DNA of 64,000 nucleotides. Origin: Trichoplax adhaerens. Its lineage: Eukaryota; Animalia; Placozoa. The stretch is taken from positions 100,966-164,965 of the forward strand of contig NW_002060958.1 in the NCBI RefSeq assembly GCF_000150275.1, in the 5' to 3' direction. The notes under the pieces are model-generated. The model had not been told where the DNA came from. It searched no databases and saw only the letters and a program-made list of their open reading frames with translations. Both the position numbers and the translations under genes were made by a program. This document shows positions 43,001-55,064 of this stretch, piece by piece (the stretch's first letter is position 1; each line of letters opens with the position of its first letter).

Positions 43001-45768
43001 AACGAATAACTTATTGCGCCGTGAAAATATTTGTTGGCTAAATAGTAAACTCGGTGTTGCTAATTTTGTTATTTTCAATTTCTTATCAGCTGGTGCGTTA
43101 GCACATTCCCTAGACTATCGCATTTCCGGTGGCTGTTGCATTCAAGGATTCAGATATACAGGTGTTACAAAATCAAGCAATTATAAAAAATATTTGAGTT
43201 TAGAGTCAAAGCCTGACTGCTGCCAAATCAATTTATTTAGCTAGAGCATTGCACCACCTGTTAGAGTGGCGGTATCACAAAGTTCCTTGGCCTGCTAAAT
43301 TGCTAACGCCATCAACTCTATATGATGAACTAATAACACGTATAAACCAGGCTTCGGTAAGATTGATCCATTATGTAAAGTTATCATAGATTAAATTTCG
43401 AGCGCTATTTCGTTGAGGTTTTCCTAGTAATTGTTAGATATCTGAACACCGTTAAATTTTTTTATTTGATTTTCCAGCCTAAGAGTTCTTATAAGTGCAT
43501 TAGTCTAAACTACTAAGTAAATTAGACTCAATTCTTTACTTAATATCACTATTAGGGCTTATACCAGATGTTTAGCACATTGGCTGATGTTATATTAATA
43601 GGTAAAGATATTAAAATTTAGTCTTGACAAGCGATTATCTGAAATCAAGCACCCTAATCTAATTTAATGTCTTCTTAGACGCAAAAAATCTTCCTCGATA
43701 TCTTACAGAAGTACCTGTGGCAGTTCTACCAGATCTACAGGGTAGGAAAGGATGATGTCCTTTAATCAATAATTAAAATTATATTGTATGGCTTGGTGTC
43801 ACAAAACAGCTTTGCAACAAGATAACGCAATATACGATCAATAAGTCAATTCCTTGAACCACGTATCAAGGAACGATATCTGCACTATCACAAACACTTT
43901 TGCTCTACTAGCAGACTACACAAAGACTTAAACGCCTCGTATTTTACGTTAAACACTAAGTTGGAGAAATTCTCTTTATTTCACGATATACTGCATTTAT
44001 ATACTATTCCTCAATAGTTCATGAGTCATAGTTAATACAATTAACATTAGAATCATTTACTGAATTAGATATTAAGTTTAGCTACTGCTCCCTTAATGCA
44101 GACAACAGTATTTACCAACATAGACATGTAATGACTAATACAGAATAGCCAGATTACTATATGTCCTATCACGGAACATTTCCATGATAATTTACAGTCT
44201 ACCATAAGTAAATTACAATCACAATGATTGGAATTGTAAGTAGATGATTTGCATTCCCTATTATAACTATTAATTTCAGTATGTGTATAAGCGTCACTGT
44301 CATAAAAGACAGTGCTATATTAAAACACAGTATATCCAAATTAGAAGTTAACTAAATAAGGATAGTCTAACAGAATTATCCTAACATAGTTATTTCTACT
44401 GTAATACAGTATTTAACACTGTAACACTCGGATATCGCTAATCGGATGCCTGCTAATAAGTGGTGTCAAAGATATGTCGTAATACTTAACAATGTAAAAG
44501 AACTTTACTACATTAGAATTCAAAAGTAATTTAGTATAAAGACAATATTTACTCAAATTCACTATTAAATCTGATATGAAAAGCTTGAAAGCGAGCTGCA
44601 TAAACTTTTCTTCTGTAGAATTAACCGGTAGAATGATATCCAATGGCTTTATTACATTAACCTTTGAATATGGAAAGAATTTTTCCGAACGCCAGTAAGT
44701 GAACGAATAAAATATTAATTCGATAGGAAGATACTACTAATAGGGAAGCGATTTCACAAAGTTGCCTTAAATAATAAACAAATAGATATCAATTTTTAGC
44801 TTTTGTACTCGTTATGATTTCATATAGCACCGATACGTTAAGCACGGAAAATTATAGACATACAGCTGAGACTGCTCACCATAGCAAAAATATCCATCCA
44901 GTTCTTCGTTACTATCGAAAATCTACGCTAAGTAATAACACGGAATAAAACCGTAATAGAAGATTTCTCTACGGCTTAATTATTTAGTATATTGACTTTA
45001 AATTTGATATGGAAGAGTGCCATGCTCAAGACATTTATATACATTTACCTAATGATGTAATTTTTAGAAAAATTGTTGGAAAAAAATGAAATGCCCGTAC
45101 CTGATAGAATCCATCACGTCCTTGAAGATTTTTTAACTGATTGGTATGAACGTTTAATTTACTATATAATTTAAAAGATATCTAAAATTAATTTTTAGAA
45201 GGGAGATGATATCACTAAGCTTAAATAGAAGGTTTGAAAACTTGTCTGACTATGGACTTTCAACTTAGGTCTGTCTATTCTCATCACGGTCACTATTTAA
45301 AACTATTTCTTGAAAAAATTTTCAAGTTGGATTTAGACAACTATTATGCAGGAAATTGTTTTGCGGTAAGTAATTTAGAATGACTGTTCATCAAACTTTT
45401 GATAGTAAAATACGCTATAGTTTCTACTTAAACAATCATGTAGAAACCTATATAATACCAAGGTACCAAGACTAAGATAAACAAAAAGCAGTTCAATTTT
45501 CGTTCAGTGCGAGGGCATATATAACGAATTAAGATACTTAGAAAGTACAGTCTATTGTAAATATGATAATTTAATATGACATTAAAATCTAAACATTAAT
45601 AGTAGCTTTAAAATAGTATCAGCTAAGTTCAAAGTGATCATTTTTAATCAAAGTTATTGCCTAACCACTTTATTCTTTGGATAGTTTGCCATGTCCTTCA
45701 AGAAAATGCCAATTACTTGTTCAAAGCCAACTATTCAGAAAATTGAATCAATGATTACTAAAAAGTAG
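37011..45768 (+). CDS. FOXRED2: FOXRED2/ERFAD-like oxidoreductase, copy 5 (complete; GGCCIQG type)
   Basis: ATG 37011; exon 1 reads [38 protein letters not shown](G). Motifs: [77 protein letters not shown]. Last exon 45685-45768 ends IESMITKK-TAG. Confidence 0.94.
37683..38060. repeat. Degenerate tandem repeat, unit about 125 bp, 3 copies (intron 2 of copy 5)
   Basis: agggt....at...tt.acgtta.tcttt.atctct...ggattttac.gcatt units start at about 37683, 37809 and 37934. Confidence 0.78.
43797..44426 (-). mobile_element. 630-bp solo-LTR-like element, copy B; in intron 17 of copy 5
   Basis: Termini TGTCACA...TGTAACA; flanks CTTGG (43792-43796) / CTCGG (44427-44431), a 5-bp TSD with one mismatch. 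Aligns end to end with 31459-32088 with only scattered substitutions, but sits in a non-homologous intron. Confidence 0.85.
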
Positions 45769-46862
45769 CCTGTTATGCAAACAGCAACGAATGCAGATCG
45801 TATACATTACGATTTTTTATTTAAAGAATTGACTTTATATAAATCATACCACTACATAATTTCGGTATATTCGTTTAGAAGGCTAGTAAAACGGCTGGAT
45901 TTTCCAAATACTCAGAAACTCTAGCTACGATGCAACTATACCTGTTTTACTGGCACTTAAAATATTTTGACTTCATCAGCTCAAACTGTAAAACTATTTA
46001 ATGTATTTAATCCAAAATTAAGCGGCTCATGTTATAAACTGATTAGTTATTAAAGGCTATCTATAAAGTATGGCATCATCTAATACGAATTTAATTCTAT
46101 TTCTGACTGTATATCCCGTTCGGATACTGTTACTATGTTGCCTAGCCGAGAAATTATTCCTCTTTCCAATAAATATTCACATAAAGTACGTTATGTATAT
46201 GCAAAAGCACTAGAAAAATGGATAAATAGCTAGGTCTACGAATTTGATCTAAGAAAAAGTAAAGTGATATATTACCAGGTATTTTCTTTAGTGGCTGTCA
46301 TAACATACCGACAATATTGATGGATAAGGCTAAATAAATAGTAAACTATCTTCTATTTCTAATCATCTGCTGCTATAGGCTATATCTATAATGGATTTAA
46401 TCATTCATTTCTTGCTTAAAAGCTAAGATCGTTTACTTCGATATCTTTCGCTTTCTAGAAATAAGCCTAGGAGGGTGTAATGTTAAACTCATGATCATAA
46501 ATTCACTGCTCCTGCAATTTACATCGTATTAAGTGTGTCTCTTCTTTCACATAGTTTCGGAGGAAGGCTATCCTATTCTGTTAAAGTTAGACTAAAATTA
46601 GAACAAACTGAGCATTTTAGATATTGAAGGCTTTCCCAGAAGTGTCTCTGATATTTCTTACATTCAGATATTTTGTAATTACTATTTCTATTCCTTTATA
46701 TCTATAACTAGGTGAACAGTTTTACTCTAGACAAGGATTACAATAAACAATTTGTCTTTCGCGAAATAGCTTTTATGGTTCATATTAGATCGCTAAACTT
46801 AATCCCTAACCGCAATATCAACACCCTAACTCTAACCCAAAAGCCAGAAGAAATATGCTTCC

Positions 46863-47231
46863 NNNNNNNNNNNNNNNNNNNNNNNNNNNNNNNNNNNNNN
46901 NNNNNNNNNNNNNNNNNNNNNNNNNNNNNNNNNNNNNNNNNNNNNNNNNNNNNNNNNNNNNNNNNNNNNNNNNNNNNNNNNNNNNNNNNNNNNNNNNNNN
47001 NNNNNNNNNNNNNNNNNNNNNNNNNNNNNNNNNNNNNNNNNNNNNNNNNNNNNNNNNNNNNNNNNNNNNNNNNNNNNNNNNNNNNNNNNNNNNNNNNNNN
47101 NNNNNNNNNNNNNNNNNNNNNNNNNNNNNNNNNNNNNNNNNNNNNNNNNNNNNNNNNNNNNNNNNNNNNNNNNNNNNNNNNNNNNNNNNNNNNNNNNNNN
47201 NNNNNNNNNNNNNNNNNNNNNNNNNNNNNNN
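46863..47231. other. Assembly gap (369 N)
   Basis: Run of N between copies 5 and 6. Confidence 0.99.
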
Positions 47232-47765
47232 GTTATTTCCTATAGTTATCATTTTTTAATGTGCAGAATAAATTTAGCTGTATGAGAAAGTAGCGTATAG
47301 AAATATAATAATTAACGGACTTGAAGCATTGCAAACTCCTAGCGAAATAAGACTAGTCATCGTATACGAATCTCAGCAGATTTATGTCGACGTTAAGTAA
47401 ACTAACTATAATTATCATACTAAAAGAAAACAATTGCAGGAGGCATAAATATCCAAAGTAATGCTGCATCAACAAAAATTATTGTTTTGTTCTTAATTTA
47501 ATCATTCTAAACTGAATAGTGCCTTTTTATACATTGTTTTCCTACGGGTAAATTCTATAGGAAATGCTAATTTCAAATGTAGTGCTATTTATCTTCGACG
47601 GCCCATAAATATTCAATAGTTACAGATGCCAATTTCGTGGATAAGTTGCGAACTAGTTTGTTTAAGTTTGTGCTATTTAAGTTGGTTATTTTGTAAAGCC
47701 AATAACTGGAGATGATCGTTCTATAACCATTTTCAAAGAATAAATTTAATACAAACTACTAAACA

Positions 47766-50700
47766 ATGATGAAATTGATTTTATCTATCCTAATTTTAAC
47801 GGTTAACTTACTGACTATTTATGCGAAATTAAATCATTATCAGTACTGCATCATTGGAAGTGGACCTGGAGGTAAATTATATAATTACTCCCTTCGCTGT
47901 AGTGTTGAATTTAAAAAAGTACAATATTCCTTTAACTTAACCTGCTTGTATTATATTATTATTAATGCTCAAGGAAAACTTATTTATATGATGTAAAAAT
48001 TTTTAACTAAAATTCACCTTCTCTATTAAAATAGGGCTACAAATAGCCTACTATCTGCAACAAGCTAAAAGAAATTATATCATATTTGAAAGAAATAATC
48101 AGTCAGGTATTATATCCGACGAAGTTCGTTGAGAAATGTTTGAAACGGTGATTTCAGCAAAGATAGACAAATCATTTCAGTCATCTAAACAGAAAATATT
48201 TTTTGGCCATTAGACCATTTTACTGTTCATAATTTTCAGTTGAAAAAAGAAATTGAATCTATTCGAGCGGACTACTTGCGTTAATCTGTCTAGACATTCT
48301 TTCGTTAATTTTAACTAATAGTAAATTTAAATGTCTCTATTGCTATCTAGCTAATGTTCTATAACGAAGTTAACAGAAATTAAATGCACCTTCAGATTCT
48401 GAAATTAAATAGAACTCAGGAGTTATTTATGGTTTTATATTAGCATTTACGTATATATGATAGTTTCGTGCATGAGGTAATGCTTTCAACTCTAATCCCT
48501 TAGAGGTACATAAAATAGAAATTTACAATGATCAGTAGCACTATCAATAACAGAACTAAAAAATATTAATATCTGCAGGATGCACGATTTTGAGATACAG
48601 CAGATACCGTACATCATGAATTAGTAGTAAGAACGTGGAAATTCAAGTATTATTTCAACAGTAATGACTAAGTTACAGCAGTAATTTTTGTTCGCCTTCA
48701 TTTTTTTGTATGGTTATCTTTATAATCTCAAACCCAGGATGGTTATTAATTTTGATACCATTTGCCTGTCGAGATATTTAGTGACGAGTATTCTTTTTCA
48801 ATATGAACTTATGCTTTGCATATTTATCAAGTAATGGTCTGTTCCATTAATAATTTCTAGGTTCATTTTTTAGCCTATATCCTCGTCATCGCAGATTATT
48901 ATCTATCAATAAAATACAAACAGGTAATTTAAAATATCTTACTACCAAGTGCCTTCATGATTTATTGTTACTTTCTACCCTTTCTTATAATACGGTTAAT
49001 CTACGCTACGATTGTTGAGTGAATAGCGAGCTTAATGTTACTGTTCACCAAATTAATGATGAAATAAAGATTTCCAGTTATATGCTACGTACCGTAGGTA
49101 ATTGGAATTACCTTGACGTTGTTCATAGTAGGCTTATTCAATTTTTCCATTTATTCTAATATAGGTAGCGAAAACTATCATTTTAACTTAAGACATGACT
49201 GGAATTCACTATTAAGTCATGATGATTCACTGCGGATGTCTCGATACTCTAAAGACTATTATCCACATGCTGACGATATGGTGATTGATAGTTGTATTTG
49301 CAATAATTTAGCTTTATTTTGCTAAGATACACTAAGGTTGGTGACACTTTGAACCAAGATAGAGATTAAGGAACAACACCAGTTTATTAATATACTTTAC
49401 TTTATAAATTAAAAAGCCGTTTAAGTGAGTCTTGCAATAGGTATAACATTATACTGTCTGACACAATCCTTCCACTATCATCTACACTAATTTGGATATT
49501 ACTTGCAAGTCCTACACTAAAATCTTAAATCATCTTACAATACATTACTAAATAAAGAAATATTCTACGAAGGAGAATACTAAATATTAACCTTCATTAC
49601 ATATTGATATTTAAATCAGCTATAGCTTTAATAGCTTTGCCTTAATTTGTTGTTTATAAGCGTACATGCTTTTATACTGCCTCTAAATCGATTTCCATCA
49701 TCCCTAGGTCCGTTACTTAAATAATTTCGCAAACCGATTGCAATTAAATATCCAATACAACACTAACATAATTCAAATTTCGCGTGGTTTGCATCGTGGC
49801 GTTGTGTTGTTTCTTTTAAGAGACCAAAATAAAACTTTTCATTTATGCAATGTGACTATAATAAGGTTTAAAATGCAATTACGTGAATTAGAAATATTTA
49901 CAAAGTTTAGTCATGTCCACGATTACAAGTCTATTTTTTTCTAGATTATATGAAATAGACTTGAAGATAAATACATAACCTTCTTGATCTTTTAGCACAG
50001 GTCTTTTCAAACCAAATAATTATGAAGACGTAGTAGGTATTCAATATACAGAGGTTAGTTACAGATAATAAGCGTAAGAATTAAGTACTTTTACAGAGCT
50101 CTATCTGAAGTCTAGAAATGATGTAAAAATCTTGGCTGTATCTTATATCAGGCATTATAATTAGAGTAACAAAACCATGCTTATCTAGACTAATTCAGAC
50201 GTAAATAGCTTAACCATCATTTACGTTTAGTTTGGAAATAGGAATTTTCCTCAGTATCCTATATATTTTTTTTTACAAATGAATACAAAACTGTAGTAGC
50301 ATATAACAATATAAATCTTTACAGATCAAAAATATCCAGTAATCTAATGAGATTAAACATTTAGCTTTTATGCATATATTATCCTTATCTGCTTTAGGGA
50401 TATGAATCAGTATCGGTTAATAGTTCCGATTTTATCGACAAGAATGTTTTAATCCTTGGCCAAGGCATGTCAAGTTTTCGTATACATGTTCATTTACCTT
50501 AGACTATTTGTAGATCAACTCTTTATTATAATAATAATAACAAAAATCGCATGTAAATAAAGCCTTGTCAAGATAACCAGTAGAGAATAAACCAAATGAC
50601 AGCTATTAATATGACTTGTTGTAGGAAATTCTGCCTTCGAGACTGCTCAAGCTATATCACATACTGCTGGCCTACTCCATCTTCATGGAAGGTATATCAA

Positions 50701-53700
50701 GCATTTTTTATTTCAAGATAGCTATCAGCTAGTATAAGCAAAGAATTTCTAACCTACACATATAATCTCAAACTAATTTGCAATTGTACTATTCTTATAG
50801 AAATAGACTTCGAATAGCTACATCGACGCATTATATAGGAGATATTAGGTATCGTTAGTCCGCTTTTTGCGACGGTTTTATATTTACAAATAGCCTAATC
50901 ATATGCTTTTAGTAGATATCTCTATATATTGGTTTCGTATATTGCTATTTATAAAATCAAAATTAATTTTCCTTTAAAATATGAATTATACAGGATTAAG
51001 AGCGGTTAATTCTCGAGTTATCGATTCATACCAACTTAAAACCTTAGATGGACTTGTAGGTAAAAAAATTTCAAATATAAAATGATATCTTAACAATTTA
51101 TTCAATCCTGGCTTGAAATATTATGTAATATTTAGTGTGTTAAATCAGACAGGTTACAAGATATTTTAAATTAACCAATAATTTATATTACCTACAGTCG
51201 ACACATTACGCAAAGATGTAGCATAGCTGCAGAAATCATAACCAATCCATGGTGTATAATTAAGATAGAAAATATTTAATTTTGGCAGTGTTAAATTAAG
51301 AGTAATGTACTCCATTCATTTAACGAATTTAATAGATAACATAAAATATTCAGATCAGTAATTCTATCACGTATCAGTAAAGTTTTGACTAGCTTTCTTA
51401 TGAGCCTTTGTAAATGCCGTTGCAGAGGGCGATATAAGAAAATTTGGATTTATCAAAACTGAAGACGGAAAAATTAGAATAGGTCGATTAATGCGCGAAG
51501 GTCACAAAATTATAAGTAAGCTCCACGAAACAATAGTCTTTTATGATATATGAGTAAGTATAGCTTGCAAATACATCTAGCAGTGACTGATTAAATTTGG
51601 CTTGTAGATTTATCAACTCATTATATAATAATTTAGAATATGATTACAATTGAAAAAGCTGAAATAAATTTACCATATCAAATTTATAGTTGATACAGGA
51701 GGTATACGTACAAAATATCACCATGTCATTCGCTGCTTAGGTTTTCTGGTAAGTTAATAAGTTTCTAGTAAATGATACTAAGAAATAAACTGATGCACTG
51801 ACTAAAAATGTTTAAGTTGACACACAAAATTGTACTTGTAATTTTCTCTTACAGTTTGACAATTCGATATTTAAGAAAGGAGCCAGGCCAAAAATGAGGA
51901 AAAGTAATTTGAGCCGTTATCCTAAAATTAGCTCAAGTTACGAATCCGTAACGGTTCCTCATATGTTTTTCGGTAATAAGATTGTTCTAAGTGAATAGCT
52001 TTGATGAAACTTTACGCCTAAAAGACAAAATTTTATCCCTTAATTCAGGGATTATAATCTCTACATTATATAGACTTTACGTCATTCCTACAGTAAATCA
52101 ATTGAGAAATTTGTGCAGTTAATTACAATGAAACTGCACTCTGTAAATTATCTTGCGCTTTTAGAAAAATATGAAATGAGGTTACAAACGAACTCATTAC
52201 ATAACTTATTTAAATACAATGGGAGAGAACTTGACTGATAGGTGTCTTATCTGTAATATTCCTTGAAAGATGATTGAAATCGCCGTTTTATGCAATGACT
52301 AAATATTGAAGCTACTAAAATTTGATTTTGGTACTATTCAAATGTTGACCTGATTTCAGCTGGGTCTTTAGTTCACTCTCTGGATTATCGACACTCTGGT
52401 GGATGTTGTATTCAAGGTTTTCGATATGCAGGTAAAATGATTAAATAGATTTGCTAGCATATACATCCACTTAAGAACATGTTTATTCAAACTATTAGTT
52501 TTTCCACTTTGCAATATTGTTGTATGACGATTTCTAATTTTGCATGATATATTCGAAGGAATGTCGTAGAGAAACAACTGTATCTGAGACGCTAAGCTCA
52601 TATCTAGCTAAATGATAACCTATGTTGCAATATTTACTGTAACTTTTTAACACAGACAAGTGCTTAAAACAATCTTAAGATTCCATTTAATATACAATTT
52701 TACACAAACAGTGTCAATCTTACAATATTACTTTAGCAATTTCTTTAACTAACGATACATATAAGAGCTATTTCTGATATTGTAATTACTTTATCTACAT
52801 GGTGAAATTTATGTTGCTAGTGAATTCATTTATAACACAGTAATCTACTACTTTATCCCATGGGAAGGCTTACGATGCAAGTAAAAAACATTTGCAGTGT
52901 AATTTTCACTTTTAATAAAAATTAACAAAATAATTTTTTAGCTCGAGCTTTGCATTACCTATTGGAATGGCGATATCACCGAAATCCTTGGCCTTCAATA
53001 TCTATCAAGACTACACATCTACTTAATCATGTGATGACTCGTATTAATCAAGCCTCAGTAAGTACATAACTTTTAATTGCAAAATTATTTCGGCATTACA
53101 AATTTTTATACCAAGAAAAAGTGAATAATTTAAAGCATTCTATATCTACCAATTCATAGTGATAAATTAAATAAAAGTTTATTTTGGGGGCTGCAGAGAT
53201 CTCTGAGTAATGTATTTATATCATGATAATTATAGGGGCTTTACCAAATGTTTGCTATTTTGACTGATGTCATTTTAATAGGTAAAATAAATAACTATGA
53301 CAAATAATAAATCGGTTAGCCTAATTAAAGTACAGTCTATATTTTAACTTGGATACATCCTAGAAATAATTTCGCTATAGTAGCTACAAATATTGTACAT
53401 TAGATACGTTAGTAATATAAAAATTTAATCTTTATTTTAGAGTGAATTCTGATATACGCTTAGGATGGCGTTATTTTACTAATCTCTATTCATAAAATAT
53501 GATAGGAGATGATCATCAGCATCAGTACTTGAAAGAAATTCCAATCTTAGTTTTGCCTGAGCTCTCAAGCAAGTTTATTTCATTTTATTTCCATTCTTAG
53601 CATAATTTTTTCAACGTATTATAGTCAAGGGATTTAGTAACTAATGCGTCGATTTTCTATAATCAAAAAAATAGATTTCTCTACAATCTATATAAGTAAA

Positions 53701-55064
53701 TATTAATTTGATCATGATTTATGTAATTTATTAATTTATTAATCTTAATGTAGGTGTTCGGTTTTTATGAGTATTTCCAACTACTTAGAGAACATTCATT
53801 TATTTTTTTCTGCTAAATATCTTTAACACTTAGCTCCCTTAATTTCAGAATTAACGGGTCATATGATCACGCATGGTTTCATTACCTTAACTTTTGAGTA
53901 TGGAAAAAACTTTTCAGAGCCTGGGTAAGTATATTTGAATCATGATTTCTCTAATATAAAATGTAAAATGTCGGACATTATCGTAGTTTTTAAATCAGAT
54001 ATAAGGTTTATAGAGTAAAATTCACGTTCTAATAGCTTGATACGATAATTAATTAGTATTTTCGGTCCCCTTAGCACGGACACATTGGGTACAGACAATT
54101 TTAGCCACACGGCCAAATCGGCTCATCGAAGCAAAAATATCCACCCGATTCTCCGCTATTACAGCCGACCTTTTCAAAGTAGAGAAATTATACTTCTGAA
54201 TTGTATATTAGAATAGCAGTTATTCATATCATTATGATATCCTAATTTTGATCGCTAAAATGTATTCCATTACTTATTACTCATGAAAACACTTCTATTA
54301 GAAACGGAAAGGAACGGAAGACTTCCTACTCCAGATAAAGTGCATCATGTTGTTGAGGACTTTTTATCAGATTGGTATGGAAAAAGTTTTATCCTAATAA
54401 TATTCTTATATTTATTCTAGCTATGTAACGATTTTACCAATCCAGGCTATCTTGTAAAATACCTTATTCGGATTTAAACAGGACCAGCTACAATCACCAC
54501 ACTTATCAGCTGCAACTCTTTCTTCAAACTCTGCTCAAAGTAGATTTAAACGAGTTTTACGCCGATTCTTGTTTCAAGGTAGATACTTATCTAAAGATGA
54601 AATTGATTTTAACCAAACAAATAATACTGAGCTTACCTATATTTAGCTTTATACTTGAGGCGTTAAATTACTTTCAATAATTTGGTATTTAATTTAATTT
54701 AATCCAAATTCTTGTTTTAAACTTACGTTTGGACAAGAATTATATTTTATAGACTGGCTACTGTAATTGATGTGATACTATATCAAATACTGTAGTTAAT
54801 TATGTTATTATTTTGTACAGCGATAATAGCGCTGTAGTATTACCAGCCAGGCTTTCGTGCCCCAGAACCCACATCTTAATAAATTATACGTTTCCGTATA
54901 TAATACTCTTCGCGATTATCTTGTACATTCTTTTGGTACAACATAGACACGAGTATTCTTTAACCTTTAAACTAAATTACTTAATTCACTACATAAAATT
55001 ATAGACTTCCATGATTTCAAAGTCTATGCCTCTAAGCTGCTCCAAACCTATTCTGCAAAGATAG
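47766..55064 (+). CDS. FOXRED2: FOXRED2/ERFAD-like oxidoreductase, copy 6 (complete; GGCCIQG type; two GC-AG introns)
   Basis: ATG 47766; exon 1 reads [35 protein letters not shown]. Motifs: [63 protein letters not shown]. The reading frame requires GC donors at 50465 and 53569. Last exon 55005-55064 ends [14 protein letters not shown]. Confidence 0.92.
50465..50624 (+). other. GC-AG intron (intron 7 of copy 6)
   Basis: Exon ends CTT GGC CAA G|gcatgt where all paralogs have G|gt. Acceptor gtag|GA AAT TCT restores LGQGNS. The nearby GT at 50469 is in the wrong phase. Confidence 0.75.
53569..53848 (+). other. GC-AG intron (intron 17 of copy 6)
   Basis: CCT GAG CTC TCA A|gcaagt at the position where paralogs use A|gt or G|gt. 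Acceptor ttcag|AA TTA ACG GGT gives PELSKLTG. The downstream GT is phase 2 and incompatible. Confidence 0.75.

Noticed and set aside
31459-44426. The two 630-bp repeats as paired LTRs of one 13-kb retrotransposon
   Set aside because: Each copy has its own TSD, and the interior contains host FOXRED2 exons rather than gag-pol.
46800-46840. Degenerate CCCTAA/TAACCC units beside the gap (telomere-like)
   Set aside because: Only 3-4 imperfect units; may be the edge of a repeat hidden in the gap, but cannot be called.
46712-47259. Three long ORFs (134-177 aa) in the ORF track
   Set aside because: They are open only because they run through the N gap.
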